A stretch of DNA of 64,000 nucleotides from a virus (IMGVR_UViG_3300010052_000154:11827-75826), one strand, 5' to 3'; shown: positions 32,592 through 42,261, numbered from the stretch's first letter. The notes: generated by a model from the letters alone, not told the origin. Numbers and translations are program-made.

Positions 32592-33283
32592 TGGGCGAGG
32601 AACTGCTCGCCGATGTATTTGCAGAAGGACGGCGGCACCGCCTCAGACATGCCCGCCATGCTGGCCCAGGGCATGCCCATGAGCTGGCGCGCGAGCGCGG
32701 GGCGGTCTTCGCCGGGGAAGTCGACCGTGCGGCCGGTGCCCTTCCCGGTCCGATGGGCCTTGTCGCGGCAGCGCAAATGGCAGCCGTAGACGTTGGCGAT
32801 CGGCAGGCCGCCGGCGCCGGGGTCCAGGGGTAGCTCCAGCGGGAAGCTGGTCTCGAAGTAGCGGGCGCGCTCAAGCACGTACCGCCGGCCGGCCGACGTC
32901 GTCATGCTGTTGCCGAACATCGTCCCGGTCAGGGCCACGGGGTTGATCAGGTGCCCGGCCCTTGCGACCGCCTCTACGTTCTCGATGACGTAGGGCACAC
33001 CAGCAGCCTCAAGCAGCCGGCGCGTAGCCGGGATCAGGTTGAGATGGCGGCTCTTGTCGCTGTTCAGCGCCGTGCCGAACTGGCAGGGCGGCGAGGCGTG
33101 GATCAGGTCGAACTGGCGCAGGAAGCGGACGTCGAGCTTGAGGACATCAGCCACGACCGGCCCGAAGGGGTACCGCGTCCGGCGCTTGTGATCGACGCCG
33201 ACAATGAGCGTCGCGCCGGCCTGGCGGTAGCCTTCGGCGGCGCCGCCCTCGCAGCAATAGAGGTCGAGAACGCTGAAGCTCAT
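32564..33283 (-). CDS. Short C5-cytosine DNA methyltransferase
   Basis: LDLYCCEGG (motif I), HASPPCQ (catalytic PC) and IENV; start MSFSVLDL at 33283. Confidence 0.85.
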   Translation of the reverse strand: MSFSVLDLYCCEGGAAEGYRQAGATLIVGVDHKRRTRYPFGPVVADVLKLDVRFLRQFDLIHASPPCQFGTALNSDKSRHLNLIPATRRLLEAAGVPYVIENVEAVARAGHLINPVALTGTMFGNSMTTSAGRRYVLERARYFETSFPLELPLDPGAGGLPIANVYGCHLRCRDKAHRTGKGTGRTVDFPGEDRPALARQLMGMPWASMAGMSEAVPPSFCKYIGEQFLAHWRRERLAA

Positions 33284-33549
33284 GCCTGCCCCCGGGTTCC
33301 GGGCATAAAGCCAGCCGGCAGGCATCGCCTGCACCACGCCGTCTGGCCCTCCCTGAAGGGCGCAGCCGCGCGACAACCCTGGCAGGCGTCCTCGCCGCGG
33401 GTCGGCGCGCGCCAGGCGCGATCGATTGACAGATCGGCCGTTTCGGTTGTCACCCTGGCGGCCGCAGGGTGCGAAACCGGCGATGTCGGTTGACGGATCG
33501 GCGCTTTCGTCTGCGCCGGCATGTCGAAGAGGGTGGCCTGCTGGGTCAC
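33280..33549 (-). CDS. Small Cys4 protein
   Basis: CQGC...WCRRC; GTGA/ATGA coupled on both sides. Confidence 0.55.
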   Translation of the reverse strand: MTQQATLFDMPAQTKAPIRQPTSPVSHPAAARVTTETADLSIDRAWRAPTRGEDACQGCRAAAPFREGQTAWCRRCLPAGFMPGTRGQA

Positions 33550-36062
33550 GCCGCCACCTCCCCGCTGTTCGAGCCCGCGTCCAGCAGGTCGAAGAGCGAG
33601 ATCTGGCGCTGCTCGTTCTCCAACATCCGCAGGTATCGGACGCCGTCGGCGAAATAGTCTGCGTTCAGCTCGGTCCCAATGCCGCGCCGGCCGGCGGCGA
33701 CTGCCCGCACCGGGACGGTGAAGATCCCGGCGAAGGGGTCGAACACGAGGTCGCCGGGGTTCGAGTAGAGCCGGATCAGCCGGTCGACGAGGTCAATCTG
33801 CAGGGGGCAGACGTGCTTCTCGCGCCCGGCCATGGACTGCTCCTTGTTCAGGGTGTCCATCCGCAGGATATCGGTCCAGACGCCGCCAGCGGGCGATTCC
33901 AGTGCGAGCGCGGCATAGGTCTTCGGCAGGGCCCCGCGGTCGGCCAGTGCGTCGGCGGTGGCGACGTGCGCCTCATGGTCATAGACCGCGGCGGCCGATT
34001 GAGCGCGGAAGGCCCGCTGCATCGCCTTCGGGGGCATGCCGGCCAGTTCGGCGGAGGTCAGTAGCCGGTCGCCGCTGGAGCGCCAGTACGCCGAGGCGTC
34101 GACCTGCCAGCGGCCCAGGCTGTAGTCCTCGGCCGACTTCACCACTCGGATGTCCGCGTAGCCGTTGGAGCGGTCGCTCTGCGGCTTGCGGAAGACCAGC
34201 ACGTACTCCGGGGAGCCCGAGCCCATGCGCGAGGCGTCCTTCAGCATCTCGCTGTAGCCGAGGCGGTAGGTCTGGTTGTTCTCGCGGACGACGTCGGTCT
34301 CGATGGGCCGCACCGAGATGAGCTGGAAGCCGTGCTTGCGGTAGTGGGCGATGCAGTCGGCGTGGAACGGCTCGACCGTCGGGAAACCCAACCCGGAGAC
34401 GGCGCCGAAGATGATGCGGTCCTTGACGTGGACGCACATGTCGCGGCCGGGGCCCAGGATCCTGAACAGCTCCGGCGTCAGGTGGTCCATCTGCCGGAAG
34501 AAGGCGGCATTGTCCTCGTTGTGGCCGAAGTCGTTGTAGCTCTCGCAGTATTCGTACTGCGTGCCGAAGGGGATCGACGTGACGATCAGCCCGACGTTGT
34601 CGCTTGGCATGCGCCGGGTCTCCTCGACGCAATCGTTGTGGATCGCGGTCCAGGACGTCCCCTGCTCCTGGCGGCGGTCGACACCGATCGTCCGGCGCAT
34701 CTCGGTCAGGGCGTCGACGTGGTTGAGCCCGAAGCGGCGGATGATCTCGCTCATCCGGTCGCGGAGCTGGCGGTCGCGCTCCCACTTCGCCTCGAACTCG
34801 CGGCGGACCTCGCGCTCGGTTTCGGCGTAGATCATGTCGATGATGACCGGCCGCTCCTGGCCGAAGCGCTGGAGCCGGTGCCAGGCCTGCGCGACGTCAC
34901 GGAACTTGAAGCCGATGCCGGCGAAGATGGCGCGGTGGCAGTGGCGCTGCAGGTTGCCGCCGGCGCCGAGCATCACGGGCTTGGCCGCCAGGTCGGTGAT
35001 CTTGCCCTCTTTGAAGCCGCGGACGATCTCCTCGCGCTCTTCCAGGTCCTGGCTGCCAAAGACGCTCGCCGCAGCGGGGATCGCCTTTTCAATGGCCCGG
35101 CGCTCGTCCTCGAGGTCGTGCCAGAGGATGAAGTGGTTCTCCGGCTCGGCCTCGCGCAGCTCCTTCATCTTGGCGATGCGGGTGGAGATGGTGTCGCGCT
35201 TCTCGCGGGCCGCCCCGGTGACGCCGACGGCGGCGTCGCGCATCAGGCGGAGCTGGCCGTTGGTTTCCGCGGTGTCGTCGCGCAGCTCGGCCGGCACCTC
35301 GTGCCAGCGGACTTCCATCTCCGGCAGGATGTAGCCATCGTCGCTGAAGCCGAGATCGGACGGGCGTTGCAGGAAGATCGCCCAGGTCGAGACCCACAGC
35401 CAGAACTCGGCCTCCTTGTGGGGGTAAAGCGTGAGATCGTTCGCCTTCTTGGGGTTTCGCTGGAACCAGCGCGTCAGGGCCTGGCCGGTGTCGCAGATCC
35501 CGAGGAAGCCGGCGTAGTGGATCAGCTCCTTGAGCCGGTTCGGCGACGGCATGGCCGTGGCCACGAACTTGTGGGCGACGCCGTCGAACGCCGGCAGGAA
35601 CTCCTGGTAGGTCTTGGAGCCGAAGCTTCGAAGCACCTCGGCCTCGTCCAGGCTGGCACCACGGAACAGGCCTGGCGTGATCTTGCCGTCGCGCACGCTC
35701 TCGTAATTGGCGAGGTTGACCTGGCCGTCGCGGATCTCGGCGTCCGACCGGATGAAGGGGATGTCCATCCCCAGCTTCGCGGCGTCGTCGAAGAACTCCT
35801 GGCGCACGCCGAGCGGCGCCGTGATCAACGCCGGCCCGCCGGTGTGGCGGACGACCTGACGCATGACCTCAAGCTGCAGGCTGGTCTTGTGGAGACCGTA
35901 GGCCAGGAAGAAGGCCCGGCTGCCGCCGGCGAGGCCCCATTGCGCGATCCTGCGGACATGGGGCTTCAGCCACGGATGAAGGTCGGCTTCATCGACATGG
36001 AAGCCGGTCGAGGGGGCGGAGATCGCCTTCGCCTCAAGTAGTTGGCGGTAGGCGTCGGTCAC
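33546..36062 (-). CDS. SNF2-like helicase domain fused to an N6/N4 DNA methyltransferase domain
   Basis: N-half: YGLHKT, LDEAE, ATAMPSPN, helicase-C GGNLQ and QAWHRLQRFGQ. C-half: TSIPFG (SPP-like), HVCPLQ and VFDPFAGI. Confidence 0.85.
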   Translation of the reverse strand: MTDAYRQLLEAKAISAPSTGFHVDEADLHPWLKPHVRRIAQWGLAGGSRAFFLAYGLHKTSLQLEVMRQVVRHTGGPALITAPLGVRQEFFDDAAKLGMDIPFIRSDAEIRDGQVNLANYESVRDGKITPGLFRGASLDEAEVLRSFGSKTYQEFLPAFDGVAHKFVATAMPSPNRLKELIHYAGFLGICDTGQALTRWFQRNPKKANDLTLYPHKEAEFWLWVSTWAIFLQRPSDLGFSDDGYILPEMEVRWHEVPAELRDDTAETNGQLRLMRDAAVGVTGAAREKRDTISTRIAKMKELREAEPENHFILWHDLEDERRAIEKAIPAAASVFGSQDLEEREEIVRGFKEGKITDLAAKPVMLGAGGNLQRHCHRAIFAGIGFKFRDVAQAWHRLQRFGQERPVIIDMIYAETEREVRREFEAKWERDRQLRDRMSEIIRRFGLNHVDALTEMRRTIGVDRRQEQGTSWTAIHNDCVEETRRMPSDNVGLIVTSIPFGTQYEYCESYNDFGHNEDNAAFFRQMDHLTPELFRILGPGRDMCVHVKDRIIFGAVSGLGFPTVEPFHADCIAHYRKHGFQLISVRPIETDVVRENNQTYRLGYSEMLKDASRMGSGSPEYVLVFRKPQSDRSNGYADIRVVKSAEDYSLGRWQVDASAYWRSSGDRLLTSAELAGMPPKAMQRAFRAQSAAAVYDHEAHVATADALADRGALPKTYAALALESPAGGVWTDILRMDTLNKEQSMAGREKHVCPLQIDLVDRLIRLYSNPGDLVFDPFAGIFTVPVRAVAAGRRGIGTELNADYFADGVRYLRMLENEQRQISLFDLLDAGSNSGEVAA

Positions 36063-36295
36063 GCAGCATTCTCCTGGGGCGACCAGCAGAGCGGGACCGT
36101 CACCGCGAACCGGCGCGGCGAGTTGGGCTCTGCGAAATAGGTGACGGTGGCGACGAACCCTCGCTCGGGGGTATGGGCGACGGTGGCGTTGGCCTCGAAG
36201 CGGCCGCCGCGGTCGGCGACGTGCTTGAGGCGCTCCTCACCGACGGCGGTGGCGGAGGCGCGGACTGCCTCGACGGGGATGACCCAGGCCCTCAT
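36059..36295 (-). CDS. Hypothetical protein
   Basis: Start MRAWVIPV at 36295; coupled to neighbours. Confidence 0.5.
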   Translation of the reverse strand: MRAWVIPVEAVRASATAVGEERLKHVADRGGRFEANATVAHTPERGFVATVTYFAEPNSPRRFAVTVPLCWSPQENAA

Positions 36296-37083
36296 GCCGC
36301 GTCCTCCGCGGGGATGAGCCCGGCGACCGCCTTCCCCCAAGTCGGGAGATCGGCCTTGATCTGGTCGTAGTTGACCGGGTGCTGCGCCTTGAAGTTCGGT
36401 TCGCCATGCGACAGCCAGCGACCGTCGCCGCCGGACTTCAGCCAGAACTGGGTCCATCGCGAAGGGTCGATCTTGAGCGCGCGGAAGTCCGCTCTAGTCA
36501 CCCAGCCGCGCGTCTCCAGAATGACGGCGATCTTGATGGCTTTGATCTTCCACACGGTTAGCGCGACCGGCGAGGCGTGCCCGCCAGTGACGTCGGGAAC
36601 GTAGTCTGGCAAGGGGTGCCGCGTGTCCGGGCAGCGCTCTGGCCAGCCGCGGGAATCGAGTTCACTGGCTTGGTCCCACGCGCGACGGCTCGGCAGCGCG
36701 GGAGTGAAATCGACGACGTCGACATAGACGTATTGGCCGTCGACGCGCTTCGGGGTCGCGCGGGTGAAGGCCTCGACAACTACGATACCGAGGTGGCGGG
36801 CCAGCGTCGCCATGCCGGTGACCGTTTTCTGCCGTGGCGCCAGAGCAGCGACGCAATCGGGGCCCGTGCCCCTCGTATAGGAATGCTCGCGGCTCAGGAC
36901 CTGGCAAAGCACGGTGGCATTGAGCGAGAGCTTCGCCTCGACACCGATCTGGAAGCCATCTTCAGGGCGAACCAGCAGAACATCCCAACCAGCGGTCTCG
37001 GCATAGACGATCCATCCTGCCTTCTGCGCCCACGCCGTGAAGTCGGCGACGAGATCAGCTTCCGATTTCCAGGCCCCGCTCAT
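36292..37083 (-). CDS. Conserved phage protein, possible PD-(D/E)xK fold
   Basis: YAETAGWDVLL...IGVEAKL pattern. Confidence 0.6.
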   Translation of the reverse strand: MSGAWKSEADLVADFTAWAQKAGWIVYAETAGWDVLLVRPEDGFQIGVEAKLSLNATVLCQVLSREHSYTRGTGPDCVAALAPRQKTVTGMATLARHLGIVVVEAFTRATPKRVDGQYVYVDVVDFTPALPSRRAWDQASELDSRGWPERCPDTRHPLPDYVPDVTGGHASPVALTVWKIKAIKIAVILETRGWVTRADFRALKIDPSRWTQFWLKSGGDGRWLSHGEPNFKAQHPVNYDQIKADLPTWGKAVAGLIPAEDAA

Positions 37084-37403
37084 GCCGCATCCTTCCGAGC
37101 GAAGAGGGCCTCGGCATCGGCTGCGCCGCGTGGGCCGGGGGTGAAGGCCGGCGACAGATCGGTGGCCGCGCCGGCGAGCACGCCATGTGCGCGACCGATG
37201 TCACCGCGCTCTTCGACCACGCGGGAGAGGCGCCGGATCAGCGCCCGGCAAACCTCAATGACCAGCTCGCGGTCTTTGCCTTTCAGCACCGTGCGTAGGG
37301 CCAGGATGAAGCGATCGGCATAGCCGGCGGCCACCTCGCGCAGCATCTTCGCCTTGCGCTCGGCGGGGCCGCGGATGCGCTGACTTTCGAAGCGCGGCGC
37401 CAT
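37080..37403 (-). CDS. Hypothetical protein
   Basis: Coupled ORF between gcrA and 36292. Confidence 0.55.
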   Translation of the reverse strand: MAPRFESQRIRGPAERKAKMLREVAAGYADRFILALRTVLKGKDRELVIEVCRALIRRLSRVVEERGDIGRAHGVLAGAATDLSPAFTPGPRGAADAEALFARKDAA

Positions 37404-37930
37404 CAGATGTACCGCCGCAGGCTGCGCGCAAGCTCGTTGCCGGTGGGCCGCCGCTTGCCGTTGTGGACGACAGGCTGAAAGGCGATCCTAGCGTGCTCGA
37501 CGCAGTAGGGCCCGTCGTTGCGTCGCCGGCCGCACAAGGTGAAGTCGTCGGTCCCGGGCTCCCCTATCGGCCACTTGCACATATGTGCGCCAAGGGTGGC
37601 CACGGTCGCGAGGCCGGGAACCTCCGGCGCCCGCGGCGTCTCTTGAATTGCGGGTTGCTGATCCGGCGCCAAATCGGGGCGAGCCTGCCGTGAGGAAGGG
37701 TTGCTTCTCGCCTTCCGCTGCTTGGGCTCGCGCTCCTCGATCGGCACCCGCGTGGTCATCGGCCGCGATGGCCTCTCCCGGCCGGGGAGACCCAAACGGT
37801 GAACCTTTCCGATTATTGCGGACCGCGTTGAGCCTGGGATCTGCGCCTTGATCTCCGAGCAGCTCAGACCTTCGGCCCAGAGCTTCTTGAGCGTCTCGAC
37901 GTTGTCGTCGTCGTTCCAATCTACGGCCAT
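37403..37930 (-). CDS. gcrA: GcrA cell-cycle regulator homologue
   Basis: W....VETLKKLWAEGLSCS.I......TRSAIIGKVHRLGL; CKWPIGEP...F..CG; YC.EH..IAFQP; C-terminal ELARSLRRYI. Confidence 0.92.
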   Translation of the reverse strand: MAVDWNDDDNVETLKKLWAEGLSCSEIKAQIPGSTRSAIIGKVHRLGLPGRERPSRPMTTRVPIEEREPKQRKARSNPSSRQARPDLAPDQQPAIQETPRAPEVPGLATVATLGAHMCKWPIGEPGTDDFTLCGRRRNDGPYCVEHARIAFQPVVHNGKRRPTGNELARSLRRYI

Positions 37931-39387
37931 CAGCGTTGCTCCAGGCGGCGCGCCAGGTCGTCCGCATCGAGGTTGAAGAGGTTGGCCAGCTCGGCCACGG
38001 ATTGGCCGGCGGCGTGGTACTTGCGGACCCAGCCGAGCACGCGCTCGGAGATCGGCTGGATGCGGATGCGCTGGACGCCGCCGCCAAGACTTTCGAGGCG
38101 TGCTCCAGCAGGGAGCGCCCGTCCGCGAGGCGCGGGCCGTGGCTTTGGCGGCGGAGGTGGCGCAGGCGTTCGCACCACCAAGGCGGGCGCCGGAGCCTGA
38201 GGAGCCGGTGACAGATCGGCCGCCGCCCTACGCTTCATCCCATGCTTGAGGAAGGCGATGGTCCGGTCGCGGCACCGATCTGCCCAGCAGAGCGTGCACG
38301 TCGAGCAGGCGGCGGTGCTGTCCGCCTGCTGCGGGCACATGATGACGCCGGCCATCTCGACCGGCTTCCCGACGACGATGGAGCGCTGGGGCCCTACAAG
38401 GGTGTGCGAGGTTCGGATCGCGAAGCGCGACCACATCGCATCGGTGAGGATCCTGATGGCCCGCGCGATCTTCCGCGTGCCTGGATCGACGTCGTCTTCG
38501 CGGCGGGCGGTGTAGCCGAAGACGTGGAGCTGCGGCAGCGCGGCCAGCAACTCCGCCCACATCAGGACGTACTCGACCGAGAAGAAGTCGCCGAGCGTGT
38601 GGAGGCGGATCAGCAGGCCGTCAGGATGCTCGCGCGCCTTCGTGAACACCTCGCCCCGCAGAGCCGCCATGAACTCGCCGTCGACGCCGTGTCGCCGGGC
38701 ATAGGGCATGGCGTTGCCGTAGCAGGACCGCCATTGCGCGCAGGACCGCGGACAGGTCGCTCGCTCCTCAAGCGTGAGGTGGAATAGCGGCCAGCCGGTG
38801 CGTTCGCCCTTCAGGACGGTCTTGCCGAGCTTGGCGTTGTTGTGGCCCGACACCAGGAACCGCGGGCTCTGGAGCGTGCCGACGACTCCATCGGTGAAGA
38901 TGGAGTGGCCGTCGACGACCGCGGGGTGATCGGCTGCGAGGTCGACCACGCGCGACGGGTCGATCTCCGCGCTCGCGAACCGGGTGACTGAGGATCGGTG
39001 CTGCCTCACCTTCTCGGGGCGAATAGCGCTCGGCGCCGTCGCTTGGGCCGCAGGCGCGGCTGGCGCCGCATCGGGCACCTTGCCACCGTCGATGTAGGCC
39101 TGAACGACCCGGATCATCGCGTCGGTGACGCTGGATCGCTCAATAGAGCTGGGCGAGAGACGGTTCGGGCCACCTAGGCAGAACCGGCGCGCCGCGGCAG
39201 CGGCGGTCATCCTTCCGGCGCGGAATAGAGTCGCCGCGGCTAAGATTCGCACCTGGGTCGGATAGTCCTCGACCCGCTCAGCGAACTCGGCGCCGACGGC
39301 GATCCGCGCACCGGTCAAAGCGACCCCGATCAGCGGGGCGTTGGGGTCGGAGTTGTCCCAGGCCTGCGCGGCCGGCAAGGCGCTCAT
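37930..39387 (-). CDS. GP88-like Cys-rich (radical-SAM-like Fe-S) protein with terminal helical/HTH domains
   Basis: NAKLGK, TCPRSC....CYG, IRLHTLGDF, FGYTAR and CPQQ...CSTCTLCW; start MSALPAAQAW at 39387. Confidence 0.7.
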   Translation of the reverse strand: MSALPAAQAWDNSDPNAPLIGVALTGARIAVGAEFAERVEDYPTQVRILAAATLFRAGRMTAAAAARRFCLGGPNRLSPSSIERSSVTDAMIRVVQAYIDGGKVPDAAPAAPAAQATAPSAIRPEKVRQHRSSVTRFASAEIDPSRVVDLAADHPAVVDGHSIFTDGVVGTLQSPRFLVSGHNNAKLGKTVLKGERTGWPLFHLTLEERATCPRSCAQWRSCYGNAMPYARRHGVDGEFMAALRGEVFTKAREHPDGLLIRLHTLGDFFSVEYVLMWAELLAALPQLHVFGYTARREDDVDPGTRKIARAIRILTDAMWSRFAIRTSHTLVGPQRSIVVGKPVEMAGVIMCPQQADSTAACSTCTLCWADRCRDRTIAFLKHGMKRRAAADLSPAPQAPAPALVVRTPAPPPPPKPRPAPRGRALPAGARLESLGGGVQRIRIQPISERVLGWVRKYHAAGQSVAELANLFNLDADDLARRLEQR

Positions 39388-39836
39388 GCGGCGCTCCGCT
39401 TTGCCAGATACGCGCGGGGCTTGCGGCCGAAAGCGGCCAGCCAGCGAAGGACCGTCCTCTCGGCATCTTCCGGAGAGCGCCACTCAGCAACCGCGACGCC
39501 GAGGGCGACGAGTTTCATCCGGTGATCGATCTGATCGCCAGAGAACTTGCCCCCGACCTCGCGCTTGACCTCAGCGCTCGCGAACTGGCCGTTGGGAAGC
39601 ACGAACTGAAAATCGTGCCACCCGGGCTTGAGGCCCATGCGCTTCAGACGTTGCCCTGCAGGGCTGTAGCGATAGGTCTTTCCGGTGCGAGGGTCGGTTC
39701 GCTCGACCTGCTCGCGCTTCTCGCCTGCGGGAAAATGGGTCCAGGGCAAGTCTTCCGGCCACGCCAACTCGAGGTAGGCGGCGATCGCTTCATGCGGGCC
39801 GATCTCTTTCGCTGTTGACGTGGCCGGCCGACGCAT
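39384..39836 (-). CDS. VRR-NUC-like PD-(D/E)xK nuclease (possible resolvase)
   Basis: KRMGLKPGWHDF...AEVK...S.DQ motif. Confidence 0.75.
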   Translation of the reverse strand: MRRPATSTAKEIGPHEAIAAYLELAWPEDLPWTHFPAGEKREQVERTDPRTGKTYRYSPAGQRLKRMGLKPGWHDFQFVLPNGQFASAEVKREVGGKFSGDQIDHRMKLVALGVAVAEWRSPEDAERTVLRWLAAFGRKPRAYLAKRSAA

Positions 39837-40630
39837 TAGGCGGCCGCCTGATCGTTCGCCGGCTCATCGCTGTCGCGGCTTTCGACCACGGCTTTGCGGG
39901 TCGACTGCTGGGCCAGTTCGTCTTCGGAAGCCTCGAAGTCCTCGTCAGGCGCAGAGCGGTCCATGAAGGACGAGCGGGCCAGCTCGTCCGCCTTGTCGGC
40001 GATGACGTCCGGGTCCAGCGCGTCGTCGCCGTTGAGGTCGACGGCTTCCTGGCTGGCATCCGGCTCGCCCTCGCGCTGCTTCAGCTCCATGGCGGCGGCG
40101 ACGCGCTCCTGCGTCTTGGCCTGGCCCTCGCGATAGCCGCGCATGATCGCCTGATGGAAGGCGGGCGGGTCGCCAGACTGGATCTCTTCCAGGTCCCCTC
40201 GCAGGCCACGGTGATAACCCTCGGCCTCCCAGGCCATCTCGTCGCGCGCCGCCGTCGGGGTTTCTTCACCAGGGAAGAGTTCGGGCTGTTGGCCATAGAC
40301 AGGCTGGTTCAGCGCCAGCTTGTCGGTGGCGCGCATCTTCTCGTGCTCGACGAGCGTCCGGATCTTGGCGTCGCCGTCGGCGATTAGCCCTTCGAGGTAC
40401 TTGCGGGTGTAGGCCCGCCCGAGGTCGATCTGCGCCTGATCGAAGCGGCTCGACAGTTCGTCCCGCTCTTCCTTCAGGTCGGCCTTGGCCTCCTCGACGG
40501 GCCCGTTGGCCTTCTCGACTGCGGCCCGCTGCATGCGGATCTGCGCGATGTGGTAGGTCAGGAGCGCCGCGTGCTCCTCCTTGCTTCGGACCTTGCCCAC
40601 CTGCGGGCGCCCGCTTTTCGGATCGGCCAT
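39836..40630 (-). CDS. Hypothetical coiled-coil protein with acidic tail
   Basis: Start MADPKSGRP at 40630 with an upstream GGAG RBS. Confidence 0.65.
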   Translation of the reverse strand: MADPKSGRPQVGKVRSKEEHAALLTYHIAQIRMQRAAVEKANGPVEEAKADLKEERDELSSRFDQAQIDLGRAYTRKYLEGLIADGDAKIRTLVEHEKMRATDKLALNQPVYGQQPELFPGEETPTAARDEMAWEAEGYHRGLRGDLEEIQSGDPPAFHQAIMRGYREGQAKTQERVAAAMELKQREGEPDASQEAVDLNGDDALDPDVIADKADELARSSFMDRSAPDEDFEASEDELAQQSTRKAVVESRDSDEPANDQAAA

Positions 40631-40746
40631 GCGGCCCTCCCTGATCGGAGCCGCTCTTGACCCGGGGCCCTTCGGGTTGGGTGTGCGCTGGTCGCCCGAT
40701 GAGCGACTAGCGATCACGTTCTGTTCTTGGATGGGCGCGCTCCGCC

Positions 40747-41154
40747 TCAGCGAGCGCGCGCCACTCCGTCAGTCGGCGCCAGAGGTTGCGCATCGCTGTC
40801 GCGATCGCCTCCCGCCTGGCGGCGATGTGCGCGAACACGCTCAAGCGCCTCCTCCAGTTCACGTTCTTCTTGGGAAAGCCGGGCGAGCACGGGCTCGATC
40901 TCCGGCGCGAAAACCGCGTCCCACAGGTCCTTGCCGAACCGGCGGACGATGGCGGCCAGGTGCAGCTCGCTCGGCCAGTGGCCCTCGAGCACGTTCTCCG
41001 CCGCCTTCACCGTCGAGCTCATGTCGGCGGCGAGGGCCTTGGCCTGGCCCGGCCCGCGGTACCGTCGGCGCAGGAAGTGCTTCAGGCGATCACGCGGTCG
41101 GTCTGTCGAGGCGTGGGGGAAATCTCCCATGCGACGTCGCTCCACATAGGTCAT
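40747..41154 (-). CDS. CII-like transcriptional regulator
   Basis: HTH-like AKALAADMSSTVKAAENVL followed by a coiled coil; position downstream of cro. Confidence 0.6.
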   Translation of the reverse strand: MTYVERRRMGDFPHASTDRPRDRLKHFLRRRYRGPGQAKALAADMSSTVKAAENVLEGHWPSELHLAAIVRRFGKDLWDAVFAPEIEPVLARLSQEERELEEALERVRAHRRQAGGDRDSDAQPLAPTDGVARAR

Positions 41155-41168
41155 GACTGGTCACGACC

Positions 41169-41423
41169 TTGCGGAACGGAGGCGCACACGCGGCGCGCAG
41201 CATGGAGAGAACCTGGGACGCCAAGTGCTTTGACGACGCCCTGCGCTGTTGGGACAGCGGAGAAGGCAGGGACGACACGATCCGCCGCGCGCGCGAGCGT
41301 CAGGCGGTCAGATACTTCTGGGCGGCGCTCGGAATGCGCCGCCCGCATGATGTTGGGGAGGCGGCGGCATACGGGATCGCCGCCTCCCCTCCTCACGTGG
41401 CCATCCGTGCCGAGAGGCCGTGA
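41169..41423 (+). CDS. Hypothetical protein antisense to the early lytic operon
   Basis: ORF track; likely start at MERTWD (41202). Confidence 0.35.
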   Translation: MRNGGAHAARSMERTWDAKCFDDALRCWDSGEGRDDTIRRARERQAVRYFWAALGMRRPHDVGEAAAYGIAASPPHVAIRAERP

Positions 41424-41524
41424 GGATTTCAGGATCAGGAGGCCGGGGCGGCGCAATACGCTACGCGCGCCGCCCCGGCTGCACGCGCCAGACCGAGGGC
41501 TCGTTTTGGGGCGTGCAAAGGGTT

Positions 41525-41556
41525 GGCCCTCGGCGGGTGGAGGCTCGCCGAGGGCC
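41525..41556. terminator. 11-bp perfect hairpin between cro and cII-like genes
   Basis: GGCCCTCGGCG...CGCCGAGGGCC; weak U-tract on the minus strand. Confidence 0.45.
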
Positions 41557-41678
41557 GCGCGCACCGGCAGTCGGGGGCCAGGCCCGGGCGCGAAATGAGA
41601 ATTGGGCGCCCCGCCGCGCGGATTGCGACGCGCGACGGGGCATGCTCCCGTGGAACTGGCGAGAGAAACCAGGGAGCA

Positions 41679-41921
41679 ATGGGGATGGATGTGGAGCTGG
41701 CCGGCCGGCTCGAAGCGCTGGAAGGCTTCGTCGCCATGCTGCTTCGGGATGGCATGACCCCCGAGCAGCTGACCGCCTACCGCACGGCGGGCCTGGTGGC
41801 ACTTCAGAAGCGCGCCGAGGCCGGGTTGAGCGGCGCAGTGATGGACGCCCTGCTCTCTACCCAACTTCGGATCCTCGCAGATGCGCTTGACGGTCCCGCT
41901 CGAGGTCAACATCAAGTCTAG
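41679..41921 (+). CDS. Small helical hypothetical protein antisense to cro
   Basis: AGGGAG RBS before ATG 41679; MGMDVELAGRLEALEGFVAMLL... Confidence 0.55.
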   Translation: MGMDVELAGRLEALEGFVAMLLRDGMTPEQLTAYRTAGLVALQKRAEAGLSGAVMDALLSTQLRILADALDGPARGQHQV

Positions 41922-42038
41922 CTTTGAGATGCGCCGCCATGCGGGCGCCGCGATCCACGCGCAGGGCAGCCAGCTCCTCCCGCACGATCTCGCGCAGGCG
42001 GGCCACTTGCTCCGGCGTGAACGCGCCCCCCGACATCG

Positions 42039-42251
42039 TCAGGCCGCCTCGCTCGGCGCGATCCGCGCCGCAGCCGCTTCGGCCAGCTCTTCAAGCGTGG
42101 CCAGGCCAGCGTCAGCGACGGCCTTCCAGTACCTGTCGGGGATGGCGCCGCGTCGTTCCCAGAACCGAACCTGCGACTTCGGCAGGTCGACCTTCTGGGC
42201 CACCGCTTGGTAGCCGCCAGCATCCTGGATGATTTGAAGGTGCGTTCGCAT
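42039..42251 (-). CDS. cro: Cro-like repressor
   Basis: IIQDAGGYQAVAQKV......VRFW..RGAIP..YW; divergent from the repressor gene. Confidence 0.8.
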   Translation of the reverse strand: MRTHLQIIQDAGGYQAVAQKVDLPKSQVRFWERRGAIPDRYWKAVADAGLATLEELAEAAAARIAPSEAA

Positions 42252-42261
42252 GACGCGCATT

